A stretch of 64,000 nt of DNA from Rebecca billardiae RCC1528. Lineage: Eukaryota > Protista > Haptophyta. The notes beneath the pieces were generated by a model. The model was not told where the DNA came from and searched no databases. It saw only the letters and a list, made by a program, of their open reading frames with translations. Where the stretch lies: contig OZ251227.1 of NCBI GenBank assembly GCA_965240325.2, forward strand, positions 3,286,001 to 3,350,000. The letters run 5' to 3'. Position numbers and translations under genes: made by a program. Below are positions 31,942-42,400 of the stretch, piece by piece (within the stretch, counting starts at the first letter, position 1; each line of letters starts with the position of its first letter).

Positions 31942-34900
31942 CTACTCGTACGGGCTGCTGGACTGGCGGCGGCTCCGCTGCGACGGCCCGAGCGAGCTGA
32001 GCCCGAGCGCGGAGCGCGGCCTGCCGTCGCGGCCGAGCGGCACGGTGAGCGGGTTGTGTGGCGCGCTCGGCAGCGGCGCTGCGTCGCCCGCCGGCACGTC
32101 GAGAAGCTGATCGAAGCTTTGCTCTTCCAGCCATCGCCAATGCTGCTCGTTGGCCGCCCAATCCATGGGCTCGAGCGGCGGCAGCGGGTGCGTCGGCGCG
32201 CCGTCCGCGTGGCGCGACGGCGAGGGCAGCGGCGGCGGCGTCGTGGGCGAGGGCAGCGGCGGAGGCGTCGGGACGACTCCCATCGGCTCGAGCCGACGCG
32301 CCGAGTGCGGCCGACCGTGACTTCTCGCGCTGCCGAGCTCGTCGTCGTCGCTCAGCCCGGGGGCCGCGAGCGTCGACTTGTCGAGCCGGAGCGCGGGCAC
32401 GCTCATCTGCGCGGCGGCGGCGGCGACGAGCCCGTGGCCGAACGGCGGCGCGGCCGCGTCGGCGTCGGGCCGGGGCGCACCGCCGCCGCCGCGCTCGAGC
32501 GCGCCGCGCGCCGGGCCCGGCGCCGCGAGCTCTGCGCCGCCGCCGCGCGGCCGGCTGTGCCCGGCGGCGGCGGCGGCGGCACCGCCGCCGACGCCGCCGC
32601 CAGGCGCCGTGTGCTTGGGCTCGGCGCGCGCGGGCTCGGCGGCGGTGGGCGCGCGCGACGCGCGGCGCGTGCCCGGCTGCGACGACGCCGGCGCGTCGCG
32701 CGCGTCGCGCGCGCGTGCCGCCTCCTCCGCCTCCGCTCCTGTCGTTCGAAGCACGTCAGCATCCGCGCGGCTCGCGCGCCGGCCGAGGCGCGAGGTCGGC
32801 GAGAGAGGGTTGTCCTCCGCGTCGCCCCACGTCTGCGCCTTGGTGAGCGCGCCCGGCCGGTCGAGGGGCCTGCCCGCGTCGGAGAGCGATGGGAGCGTGG
32901 TCGAGCGCCGGCCTGCGCGGAGGTCGGGCGACGCGGGCCGCGCCGTCATGACCCACCGCTGCAGTCGGCCGTGCCAGTCTTCGATGGCGAGTGAGGCGGT
33001 GACGAGGCCGGAGGCGGGCGCAGAGGTCCCGCTGGACGGCAGGTGCTCGGCGGTGTGGCCGAGCGGACGCGTGCCCGGACGCGCGGGCGGCGCGGCTGCG
33101 ACGGAGGAGCGGCGGTGCGCGCCCGTCCGCGCGCCACTCGCCGTCGCCTTGCCGCCGCCGCCGCCGCCTTCGCCGCCTTCGCCGCTGCGCGACTGGCCCG
33201 CACCGAGCCCATACCGGCTGAGTGAATGCGCCTCCACCGAACGCTCGCACGGCAGCGCGTCCGCGAAGCCGAGGGCGGAGGCGGTCGTGTGGTGGAACCG
33301 CCCGGTGCGGTCGACCCAGCGCAGGTAGGGCCGGCGGTGCCACTTTGCTGAGGCGCCGGTGCCAGCGCCGAGCGCAACCAGAAATTCAAAGTCTTCACCG
33401 GTGCGCCGCGCGGCGTCCGCGTCCGTGCCGGCCTGCGGGCTGCTCGGCATTCGCGCGACCACGAGAGCCGTCCACTGCGTCCCGTCCCACGCCACGTAGC
33501 GCGCGGACGACGGCGCGCAGCACACGCGCTCCGTCTCCAGTACTGCGGTGGGCACGCCCGCCGGCCGGCCGGGCGCGCGCGGCGACGTGCTCGGCCGAGA
33601 GCCGCCGCCCGGTATCTGGACCCCCGGTATCTGGACCGACATGAGCCGCCCCGCATGCCTGGGGCCGCCGGCGCCCGCGCCCGCGCCCGCGCCCGCGCCC
33701 ACGCCCGGGCCGCCGCCCGGGAGCACCGCCGAGCCGCGGCGCACGGCCGCGAGCGCGGACTGCCGCGCGCGCGTGTCGCCCGCGGTCTTCGCCGCGGTGT
33801 CTAGGGCCGCCGCGTCCGCCTCCGCCTGGTCGAGCTGCGCCGAGCGCAGCCACGCCGCTTCCTCCAAGCGCACGCGCGCGCGGTGGGCGTCGTCGAGCGC
33901 GTCGCGCTCCGCCTGGCGCGCGAGCCACTCCGACGCGGCGCGCTGCGGCATGGCTGCGAGCGAGTGCCGCCGGACGAAACGCGGCGCCTCCTGGACGGCA
34001 CCCCCGCCAGCATGGCCGCCGCCAGCATGGCCGCCGCCAGCATGGCCGCCGCCGCCGCCGCCGCCGGGCGCGCGCTGCTGCTTCGACGGCGACGGGTCGG
34101 CGGGCGGCGGCGTGTCCGCCGCGCCGCCGCCGGCCACCGCGAGCCCGCCGCCCCCGTCAGCATGGCCGCCGCCGCCGCCGCCGCCGGTGCCGTTGGGTGG
34201 GCCGGCGCCGGCGCCGCCGCCGGCGCCGCCGCCGGCGCCGCCGCCGGCGCCACCGCCGGCGCCGGCGCCGGCGGCGAGTGCTCCCGTGCGCGCTCGGTCC
34301 TGCGCCGCCATTAGCCGCTGCAGCGCGGCCTCCTCCGCCGCGGCGGCGCGGTGCGCGGCGCGCACCGCGTCGAGCGCCGCCGCGCGCAGCGAGTGCAGCC
34401 GGCGCGCGCGCGCCTCCGCCTGCGCGCGCCGCTCCGCCTCCGCGGCGAATTTCGCAAGGCGGCGCCGCAGTGTGATATCGCGCAGCGCGCGTCGGTAGCG
34501 CGCGCGGCACTGGATGCGGGTGGCGGCGCGCTCCTCGAGGCGGCGGCGCGCGAGGCGCGCGGCGCGCGCGCTCGCGACGAACGCGCGCCACGCGCGCGCG
34601 ACCAGCGCCGCCGCGGCGTGCTTGCGCGACAGCCGCCGCCGCGCGGCCGCGCGCGCGGCAAGCCTTAGCCTTGCGCGCGCGGCGCGCAGCCGCGCGGCGG
34701 CGCGCCGCGCCTCACGACGCTTCTCGGCGAGCATCGAGCGCTGGCGCTGGTGCACCTGCAGCGTGAGCGCCGAGCGGCGCTGCCGCTGGAACAGCAGCCA
34801 CACCAGCTTCGCCCGCGCGCGCTCCTGCAGCGCCCGCGTCATCCCAGCCGACACGGCGATCGACAGTAGCTGCGAGCGGCGCGCGGCGCGCCGGCGCGCG

Positions 34901-35793
34901 AGCATGCCGCGGGCGAGGGCCTGTAGTAAGCGGAGGGCGTCGAGGGCCTCGCCGAGCGCGTCGAGCACGGCGCGGCGCGCGCGCGCGCGCACGGCCTCGT
35001 CCGCCGCCGCGTGCGCCGCCGCCTCGGCGTGCGCAGCGACCGAGGCCGCCGCCGCCTCCGCCGCGGCCGCGGCCGCGGCCGCGGCCGCCTCCGCCACCGC
35101 CGCCGCCTCCGCCGCCTCCGCCTCCGCCGCGGCCGCCTCCGCGACGGTGCTCTCGGGCGCGGCGGCGGGCGCGGCCGGCGCAGCCACACCTCCCGCCGGC
35201 GGCGCGCCGCCCCGAACACCCGCGTCCTCCGCCGCCGCCGCCGCGCCCGCGCCGCGCGCCGCCGCGCGCTCGGCCGGGCCGGGCGAGGCCACGCGGGACG
35301 GCACTCGCGACCGCGCGTCCGCCGCGTCGCTCGCAGACGCGGCGGCGGCGGCGGCGGCGCGCCGCGCGGTCTCGGCCTGCGCGGCGGCGGCCGCCGCGGC
35401 CGCCGCGGCCGCCGCCGCCCGCTCGTGCGCGGACGCCGCGTCGGCCAGTCCGCGCGCCTCCGCTGTCGCGCGCTCGCGAGACACCAGATCGCCATCGGCG
35501 AGCGGCGCGCGCGCGGAGCTGTGCGCGCGCTCGCGGGCGCGCTCGGCGGCGCCGCGGGCGTCCAGCTCGGCATCGGCCCGAGCGGACGGCTTGCCCGCGC
35601 CCAGCCCGGCTCGCGCGTCCGCCGCTCGCGTGCCGTTCACGCGGCGGCGGCCGCCGGCCAGCCTTTTCAGACGCGCGACAAAATTGATCACGTGCCCAGC
35701 GATGCGCCGCCTGCGCCGGCGGGTTTCGTCGCGGTGCGCGAGCGCACCGCGTAGCACCGCGTCCCCCCGCGGGACGCGGCCCGTCGCGTCCAT
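31942..35793 (-). CDS. Large low-complexity protein with IQ calmodulin-binding-like motifs
   Basis: LRLLQALARGMLARR, ALTLQVHQR, ALVARAWRAFVAS and ATRIQCRARYRRAL within a long open frame. First ATG at 35793. Confidence 0.65.
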   Translation of the reverse strand: MDATGRVPRGDAVLRGALAHRDETRRRRRRIAGHVINFVARLKRLAGGRRRVNGTRAADARAGLGAGKPSARADAELDARGAAERARERAHSSARAPLADGDLVSRERATAEARGLADAASAHERAAAAAAAAAAAAAQAETARRAAAAAAASASDAADARSRVPSRVASPGPAERAAARGAGAAAAAEDAGVRGGAPPAGGVAAPAAPAAAPESTVAEAAAAEAEAAEAAAVAEAAAAAAAAAAEAAAASVAAHAEAAAHAAADEAVRARARRAVLDALGEALDALRLLQALARGMLARRRAARRSQLLSIAVSAGMTRALQERARAKLVWLLFQRQRRSALTLQVHQRQRSMLAEKRREARRAAARLRAARARLRLAARAAARRRLSRKHAAAALVARAWRAFVASARAARLARRRLEERAATRIQCRARYRRALRDITLRRRLAKFAAEAERRAQAEARARRLHSLRAAALDAVRAAHRAAAAEEAALQRLMAAQDRARTGALAAGAGAGGGAGGGAGGGAGGGAGAGPPNGTGGGGGGGHADGGGGLAVAGGGAADTPPPADPSPSKQQRAPGGGGGGGHAGGGHAGGGHAGGGAVQEAPRFVRRHSLAAMPQRAASEWLARQAERDALDDAHRARVRLEEAAWLRSAQLDQAEADAAALDTAAKTAGDTRARQSALAAVRRGSAVLPGGGPGVGAGAGAGAGAGGPRHAGRLMSVQIPGVQIPGGGSRPSTSPRAPGRPAGVPTAVLETERVCCAPSSARYVAWDGTQWTALVVARMPSSPQAGTDADAARRTGEDFEFLVALGAGTGASAKWHRRPYLRWVDRTGRFHHTTASALGFADALPCERSVEAHSLSRYGLGAGQSRSGEGGEGGGGGGKATASGARTGAHRRSSVAAAPPARPGTRPLGHTAEHLPSSGTSAPASGLVTASLAIEDWHGRLQRWVMTARPASPDLRAGRRSTTLPSLSDAGRPLDRPGALTKAQTWGDAEDNPLSPTSRLGRRASRADADVLRTTGAEAEEAARARDARDAPASSQPGTRRASRAPTAAEPARAEPKHTAPGGGVGGGAAAAAAGHSRPRGGGAELAAPGPARGALERGGGGAPRPDADAAAPPFGHGLVAAAAAQMSVPALRLDKSTLAAPGLSDDDELGSARSHGRPHSARRLEPMGVVPTPPPLPSPTTPPPLPSPSRHADGAPTHPLPPLEPMDWAANEQHWRWLEEQSFDQLLDVPAGDAAPLPSAPHNPLTVPLGRDGRPRSALGLSSLGPSQRSRRQSSSPYE

Positions 35794-36415
35794 CGCCCGG
35801 CGCCCGGCACTCGCGCCCAGCGCGGCGGCGGCGCCAGGTGGGGCGTGAGGTCCACAAGATGGCCCCCTGCCTTTTGCAACCACGGCCAGTCTTTAACAGC
35901 GCGATCTCGCCGCGGAGGAGATTGCCTTCGGGGGAAACCGCGAGTCCGGCTGTGGCCGTCAAGCCGGACTACGGGCGCCCGGCTGCAGCACGCACACGCG
36001 GCCAAGCCGCCGAGCCCGGGCCGCCGAAGCGCGCTGACGGACGGCTCCCGCGCTGGATGGGCTCTCCGCCGGGCATACGCCACGCGGCACGGGCGGTCGG
36101 CACACTGCATGCGAGTGCGGGACCCGAGGGCGAGGCATCGCCATCTGGCATGCCGGCGCCGAGGTGCGCACTCGGGGCTCTCGGCGCGGGGGCTGCTCTG
36201 TGCTCACCAGTCACTCACTACTCTCAGCACACAACTCAGTCAGTACTGGGCCAAGCCCGGTGGCGTGCGCCACTGCACACCTGTAAGCCCTTGCAATCCC
36301 CGCCACCGGTCCGCACCTACGCGCGAGTACACTCCTAGCCGAGCAGCCGCACCCTGTCATCCCCAATGCTTGAAGTGGCAACTCTCGGTACTCTTTACCG
36401 CATGACCAGTACTGT

Positions 36416-36642
36416 TTTCCAGGTCTCTCTTCGGAGAGCGTGCGATGAAGGATGGCGCGGCAACCTGCCACCGTGAGCCTTACGCACGTTAAAACAAATA
36501 AACTGTACTGGCGTGCTCTTGCGTCTGAGGTCATGGGTTCAAACCAGTTTCCAGGTCTCTCTTCGGAGAGCGTGCGATGAAGGATGGCGCGGCAACCTGC
36601 CACCGTGAGCCTTACGCACGTTAAAACAAATGAACTGTACTG
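36416..36642 (+). mobile_element. Two tandem ~95-bp copies of a SINE-like element; the second is preceded by a tRNA-like B-box
   Basis: Direct repeats at 36416-36509 and 36548-36642. GAGGTCATGGGTTCAAACC at ~36527-36545 resembles a tRNA T-arm/B-box. Internal CTCTC-TTCG-GAGAG hairpin and an A-rich end (TTAAAACAAAT). Confidence 0.55.
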
Positions 36643-37328
36643 TCTACTGACTCGCGTTCTGTACTGCCGTCATGCTGCAGACCGCCCACGGCCCGGCCAG
36701 CGGCAGCTCGGCCCAGTGCCAGGGCGGGGCGCGGCGCGCAGCGCGGGCCTGGTGCTTGCGCCCCGGGGCGTGTGCGCGCGCACTGCTGCCATTGGCGGAG
36801 GGCTGTGACGAGCCAGTGAGTGTGTTCCGGAAGTGAGCAGCCGCCGGGCTGTGGGCACTCGGCTGTTGGTTCCAGCCAGCAAGCAGCCTTGGGCCGGTGG
36901 TCAGAGCCGCAGGACGGAAGGGCGCGCGCGGACGGGGCGGGGGAGCATGCACGCCAGCCGTGCCGCAGCCCCGCGCACCGCGAGCCCACGGTGCGCGGGC
37001 TGAGGCTGCCCGACCCAAGCCGTCGGCGCCGGCGGCCGGTCGCACCGTCGACCGGCCGCCGCGAAGCGGACCGCGCGCAGCGGGCCTCTGGCGGGAGTGC
37101 AGGCGGACGGAGATGCTCCAGCGCGAGGCAGCGCGGGAGGCCGTCGGGTTCGCGAGGCATCGCCGCTACGGCAGCACGCGGGGCGGGCCAGACCTCGCCC
37201 CAAGTCGTGCATCGTGCAGGTGCGTGCCCCAATGACCTCCATCGTGGCTTTCGAAACGCCCGGACTTCGCGGAGGCGCCGTGGCTGAGCGCCGCCCGCGG
37301 CTCCAGACGCGCCGTTTGGTGTCTGGCG

Positions 37329-38057
37329 ATGATGCAGCCGCCGGGCATCTTGGGGCAGGTGAACACGCAGTTCGCCGACATCGGCAAGGTGCGTGCGCGC
37401 CCGAACGCCCCGTCTCGCCGCGCGCGCTCGGTCGTGCTGCCGTGCCGCCGACGTTGGCGTTTCCCGGCGGCCGCGTGCGCCCGCGGCGCGGCAGGCGTTC
37501 GTCGAGCACTACTACAAGGTGTTCGACTCGCAACGAGCGCAGCTGTCCACGCTCTACGTGCGCAGCCGCGCCCCCCCTCGCGCGCCGCGCGCCGGCCCGG
37601 TGGCCGCCCTGTGCGCGCCGAGCCGAGCCGCGCGCGCCGGCGCGCGCGCGCTCGCGCCGCGTGCGCAGCAAGCGGAGTCCATGCTGACTTTCGAGGGAGA
37701 CCAGTTCCAGGGGATGCAGAACATCATGCAGAAGTTGACCACGCTCAACTTCCAGACGGTGCAGCACATCCCCAAGACCGTCGACTGCCACCCGGGCATC
37801 AACGGCGCCATCGTCGTCTTCGTGACAGGGCAGCTGGCGGTGCGCGCGAGCGGGCGGCCGCCCGGCGCGGCGCGGCGCGCGCGCGCGCACGCGCGCCGCC
37901 GCTGACGGGCGCCACCGCTCGGGCACCGGCACGCGCGCAGGTCGACGGCAACGTGACCACGCCGCTGATGTTCAGCCAGTCCTTCACCCTCGTCCCCACC
38001 GCCGACAAGAGTAACTGGTGGATTCTGAACGATCTCTTCCGCTTGAATTACGGCTGA
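37329..38057 (+). CDS. NTF2: Nuclear transport factor 2; exons 37329-37388, 37495-37557, 37669-37839 and 37941-38057 (136 aa)
   Basis: Spliced product: ...DIGKAFVEHYYKVFDSQRAQLSTLYQAESMLTFEG...IVVFVTGQLAVDG...FSQSFTL...WILNDLFRLNYG. All three introns are GT-AG and phase 0. Confidence 0.95.
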   Translation: MMQPPGILGQVNTQFADIGKVRARPNAPSRRARSVVLPCRRRWRFPAAACARGAAGVRRALLQGVRLATSAAVHALRAQPRPPSRAARRPGGRPVRAEPSRARRRARARAACAASGVHADFRGRPVPGDAEHHAEVDHAQLPDGAAHPQDRRLPPGHQRRHRRLRDRAAGGARERAAARRGAARARARAPPLTGATARAPARAQVDGNVTTPLMFSQSFTLVPTADKSNWWILNDLFRLNYG

Positions 38058-38706
38058 CGGCCCACTAGTGTGGCTACATACGGAATGTACCCGCTTATAC
38101 CCGCTTGCGCGAGCCGCGGGGGGCGTGGCCGGGCGTGCGCACGCCGGAGGGGCTGCGCGGGCGGTCGGGCGGTCACGCGGCGGGTGCGCACGGTCCGAGG
38201 CCAGCGGCCGGGAGGCTGCGCGGGCGGGAGTGGAGCGCCCTTGGGCTTGGCGGGGCCGCGCCGGTGCGGGGGCGCGCCGCTCGGGCGACGACGACTGGGG
38301 CGCGCGTGAGGCCGCGGCGCGGTGCTGATCGTGGCAGTGGCGGTGGCCGTGAGCGCGGCCACGGCCACGGCTCTGCCAGCGCCGGCCGTGAGCAGTTCAG
38401 AGGCGGCAACAGGCTTCGGGTTACAGCGTCCGCCGCCGCGCCGGACGGGCCGGCTCGCTGCAGAGTGCAGTGACCGGCGGCCGGCCGGTCCGATTGGATT
38501 TGGCGGATCTTCAGCGCAGCTGGCCCTTGGGGCCGTGACAGTGGCACATTGGCATGCAACCAACTTTGATCTCTAGCTATCAGTAAGGCGCAGCTGTGTA
38601 ATCAGCCTGATTATGAGTGATGGGCGCGCGGCGGCCCGCGGCCCGCCCCCGCCCGGCCCCGCCCGGCGGCCCCGGCGCCCAAGGCTTCAGCCAAGGCCCC
38701 GGAACT

Positions 38707-39144
38707 CGGACTCACGACTCAGTCACGGGGCACGGCACTCACGGCACTCGGCAGCCGCAGCGGCCCCGCCCCGGACCGGCGGGCGGGACCGCTCGGGGTA
38801 CTACTACTGCGGAACTGGTGACTCAGGTGAGACTCACGGTCTCACGGTGACTGGTCGGACAGGACCATTGACAGGTGAGTGGTGGGTCGGGGTCCCGGCC
38901 TTGCCCTTGGCAGCCTTGCCGCCCCTTGCCGAAGCCGGGCAAGGGGCGGCAAGGCCCGAAGGGCAAGGCCGGGACCCACCACTCACCTGTCAGTCCTGTC
39001 ACCAGTCACCGTGAGTCTCACCTGAGTCACCAGTTCCAGTAGTACCCCGAGCGGTCCCGCGCCCGCGGCCGCCGGTCCGGGGCGGGGCCGCTGCGGCTGC
39101 TGAGTCCCGTGAGTGCCGTGCCCCGTGACTGAGTCGTGAGTCCG
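38707..39144. repeat. Long imperfect fold-back palindrome (arms 38707-38930 and 38938-39144, 7-nt loop)
   Basis: cggactcacgactcagtcacggggcacggcactcacgg... pairs with ...ccgtgagtgccgtgccccgtgactgagtcgtgagtccg. Apex: gccttgccgccccttgcc-GAAGCCG-ggcaaggggcggcaaggc. Confidence 0.9.
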
Positions 39145-39445
39145 TGTAAGGGCCGCCGGCGGTGAGGGCACTGCCACTGAGGCGGCGCGGCCCGGCCGCC
39201 GGGCGGCCGCGGGCGCGGGACCGGGGACGGCCCCGCGTCCGCGACCGCTGCGCACGGCCGACGTCGCGCGAGACCGCGTCCGCGAGTCGGACGCGTGACC
39301 CGATAAAGTTCATGAATATGTATCATATAATATATAGTTATTATTATATATATAATCATGTAGCCTTAAGCCTAGCCCTAGACGTAGCTGGACTAGGTCA
39401 CTAGGTACCGTACGTACGGTCGTACCCGCTAAGACTTAGTTACTA

Positions 39446-42400
39446 GGGTGAAAATCCCATTTTCTGGCCTGTCCGGGCGGAAAACCCGGCTGCTCAGATC
39501 TGACCGGACCGGGATCCGGACAGCACAGTATCTAGGGACCAGACACTTTTACATCTTCGTTCTCTTCGGATTTGAGCTGTCTGGTACTCTCCTCCGGACT
39601 GCGCCGCCATCGTTACTCGGCGGGCACAGCCCGTCTGGGGTTAACCTCACAGGCCGGGGTGGAGCACCGGACTGGGCGTGGACGCCCACCTCGTGATCGA
39701 CCCGTCGCCGCGGGAGTGAGCGGTGCGCGTGGAGCCGGCGCGCTCGGGCCTGCGCGGCATGCCGAATGGCCGGTCCAGGAAGCACGACTTGCCCACACCA
39801 CCACGTAAGTGCTCCACCGCACTCACTCTGCCCGCACGCGGGGCGCGTGTGCACGATTGCCGTGTTTGCGGGGGCGTGCACGTCAGGGGCTGCGTGCGCC
39901 AGAAGTGCGGCGAGGGGGGGGCTCGGAGGGGCGTAGTCCGATGGTGCTTGTGGCATACCATCTGCCAAACATAGACCGCGCTTGCGCCGTCATGTCCCTG
40001 AGGTGCTCATGCGTGAGCACTGCAAGCTCTATCTCACACTGTCCCCGTGGTCGCCGCGTGTACGTGCGCAGGTCGTGTCGGCGGCGTGGGCAGCACGGTG
40101 CCCGCGGAGATCTCTCCCGAGGCTCCCTCTGACGTGCTCTTGCCAGTGGCCCAGCTTGTCAGGCGCGTGGAATGGCAGCTGCGGTTGCGCGCGCAGTCGC
40201 ACGACCTCATGCGGCTGCTGATCTGTCAGCGCTACTGCGGCTGATGGCCTGCATGGGCGCGCGTTGTTCTGCTGGTGGCACGCGATCGACGCCGGAGCGT
40301 CGATGCGCCAGCCCACGATGAGCTCCAGCCGAGACTTGAAAAGGTTGGCATCGACTGGCAGACGCTCTGGAGGGCGCCGTGCCGCGATGGGCGTACTCCA
40401 CACCACTGTAGGAGTGGGCGCGCACAGCTTCTACGCGACGATGAGCTGAGGCTGCCGCCGGCGAGTCCGCCGCCGGAATTGCGGCCGCTTGGCTTTCCAG
40501 CCGTGATGTCTGTGCCAGGCGGGTAGGCAGGTCTCTAGTCTGCATCGCCTCAAGCAGACGTACCATCTAACGCCTCAGCTGCTCGTCTGGCGGCGCCGCC
40601 GCCCGACTCCGTGTGCAGAGACAGAGTGCGCCGGGCCACCGCGGCGTTACCAGTGCGCGCCTGCCGCAGCCCTGAGTGCTGAGTGCCCTGGCCCGGGGCC
40701 CGGGGCCGGGTCGCGGCGGCGGTCTCTTAGGAGACGATATAGCGTCCGGTGTTGAAGGAGAGTTGTGTGCGCGCCATGTAGTAGTAGTCGGCTGCCAAGA
40801 CGACTGTCGTGTAGTGTGTAAGTCACTGTATTGTCTGTAAGCGCGGGACCGGCGCGCGAATCATCCGATCTGCTGATTATCACCGCGCGGCTGATCGGCT
40901 GATCCGCCGGCGTCGTCGGATAGTTTCGTCATCAGTTACCGTCAGTCTCAATGATATATGATGATTCAATTACAGCACGATCCGAAGCGGGCGCGGCGTC
41001 GGTTACCACTGGTCAGCCTCACGTTAAGCAGTCTCTGCTTATACTCACTGTAGTCCAGTCATTAAATAGTTAGTGTCCGCCGCGATCTGGCACTACGAGC
41101 CACGACGACCGTCTGAAAGAGCAGAGTCAGAGTAGTAGTACAGCCACGAAGGCTATCAGCATTGGCAGCATCAGCACCAGATCCTCCGCGCAGGCCTGGC
41201 ATCACTCACATCAGCTGTCAGCAACTGCGCAGCACTGCTTTAAGGTGGCGCTTCGCGCGGCCCGCACGGACGTGAGATGGCCCCGAGTCGCAGGGCGGCA
41301 GGCTGACGCGCGCGCCGCGTCGCCTACCGCGTACTCGTAGTTATTGTACTGATGTGCACTGGCCTCCACGTCGCCGCCACACTCAGTCTCACAGTAGGAC
41401 CGTCGTCGGCCCTGCTCGGTGCGGTGAGACAGGTGCTAGCCTGGCGTGTCGCCCGGCGCGCGGCCCCGGAGACCAGTACGGCCAGCCTTGCCGACCTGGC
41501 ACGGTGATGACGACTCGTTGCATAGCCGGGCAGCACGCTTCAGCACTCGACGCGAGCACGCTGAAGTCCTTGGCCGAAGTCGACCTAGGCTGGTCGTGAG
41601 TAGTGGCGTCTCGCGAGTGATGAGAGACGACGAATGCGTCACGCCTCCAAGACTGACGACCCGAACGTTCGACGAGGGGCGAGCCAGCTAACGGTGCTAA
41701 GCTTGCCCATGGCGATGGTGCCATCGCGCGAGAGAGCATGCCGCCGCTGATAGAGGGCTCGTTATCTGAGGCGCCGTGTGATGAATGAAAAATCACCGCA
41801 CAGGTCACGACCGCAGTCGGCTGCGGGCAAGTTCCAGCTGACACGGCCACGAGGGGATTGGCTGTCATGAAGCTGGTGGTTGGCACCGGGCGAAGACCAG
41901 TAACGTGCCTACTGCAGTCTTCTGGCTCCATCGCAGGGACTCGGGCCGAGCAGGTGTCCAGTGTTTGAGCAACACCACCGGGGCAGCCGCCGATCATGTT
42001 GCAGTGGGTGGAGCACAAGAGGGGTTGCGAGCGCGCGTGGCGCGTGAGGGCGAATGCACACGGACGAAATATCCGCTTAGTGAGCTCCGACTGGCCAACC
42101 GTATCTACCAGCCACTCGAAACACGCCGCGCGCCCGAAAACCCCGTGGTCCAGCCACCCGGTGCCCTTTCGGGGCAGGCACAGCCCAAACGGTTCATGTG
42201 CGTGCAGAACGGGCGTGGCGAGTGCACAACCAGCCGCGAGTGCTCACCTGCTCGCGCACCCTCCTCCATATGGTCCTGCCGAGTGCTCCGCTCAGCGACG
42301 CCCTCGAACGGGCTCACACGGCTCTGCCGCACGACCAGCCCAGAGGCGCACGCGACACGAGGGGAGGGCCTCCCCGGCTCTCCATCAGCCGCGGCTCCCG

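Noticed and set aside
36510-36560. tRNA gene
   Set aside because: Only a T-arm/B-box-like piece is present. No acceptor stem or full cloverleaf could be built, so it is treated as a SINE-like head.
39446-40570. hAT transposon or transposase, suggested by the TAGGGTG start
   Set aside because: No 8-bp TSD and no hAT dimerisation or DDE motifs in any frame. The paired end supports a 4-bp TSD instead.
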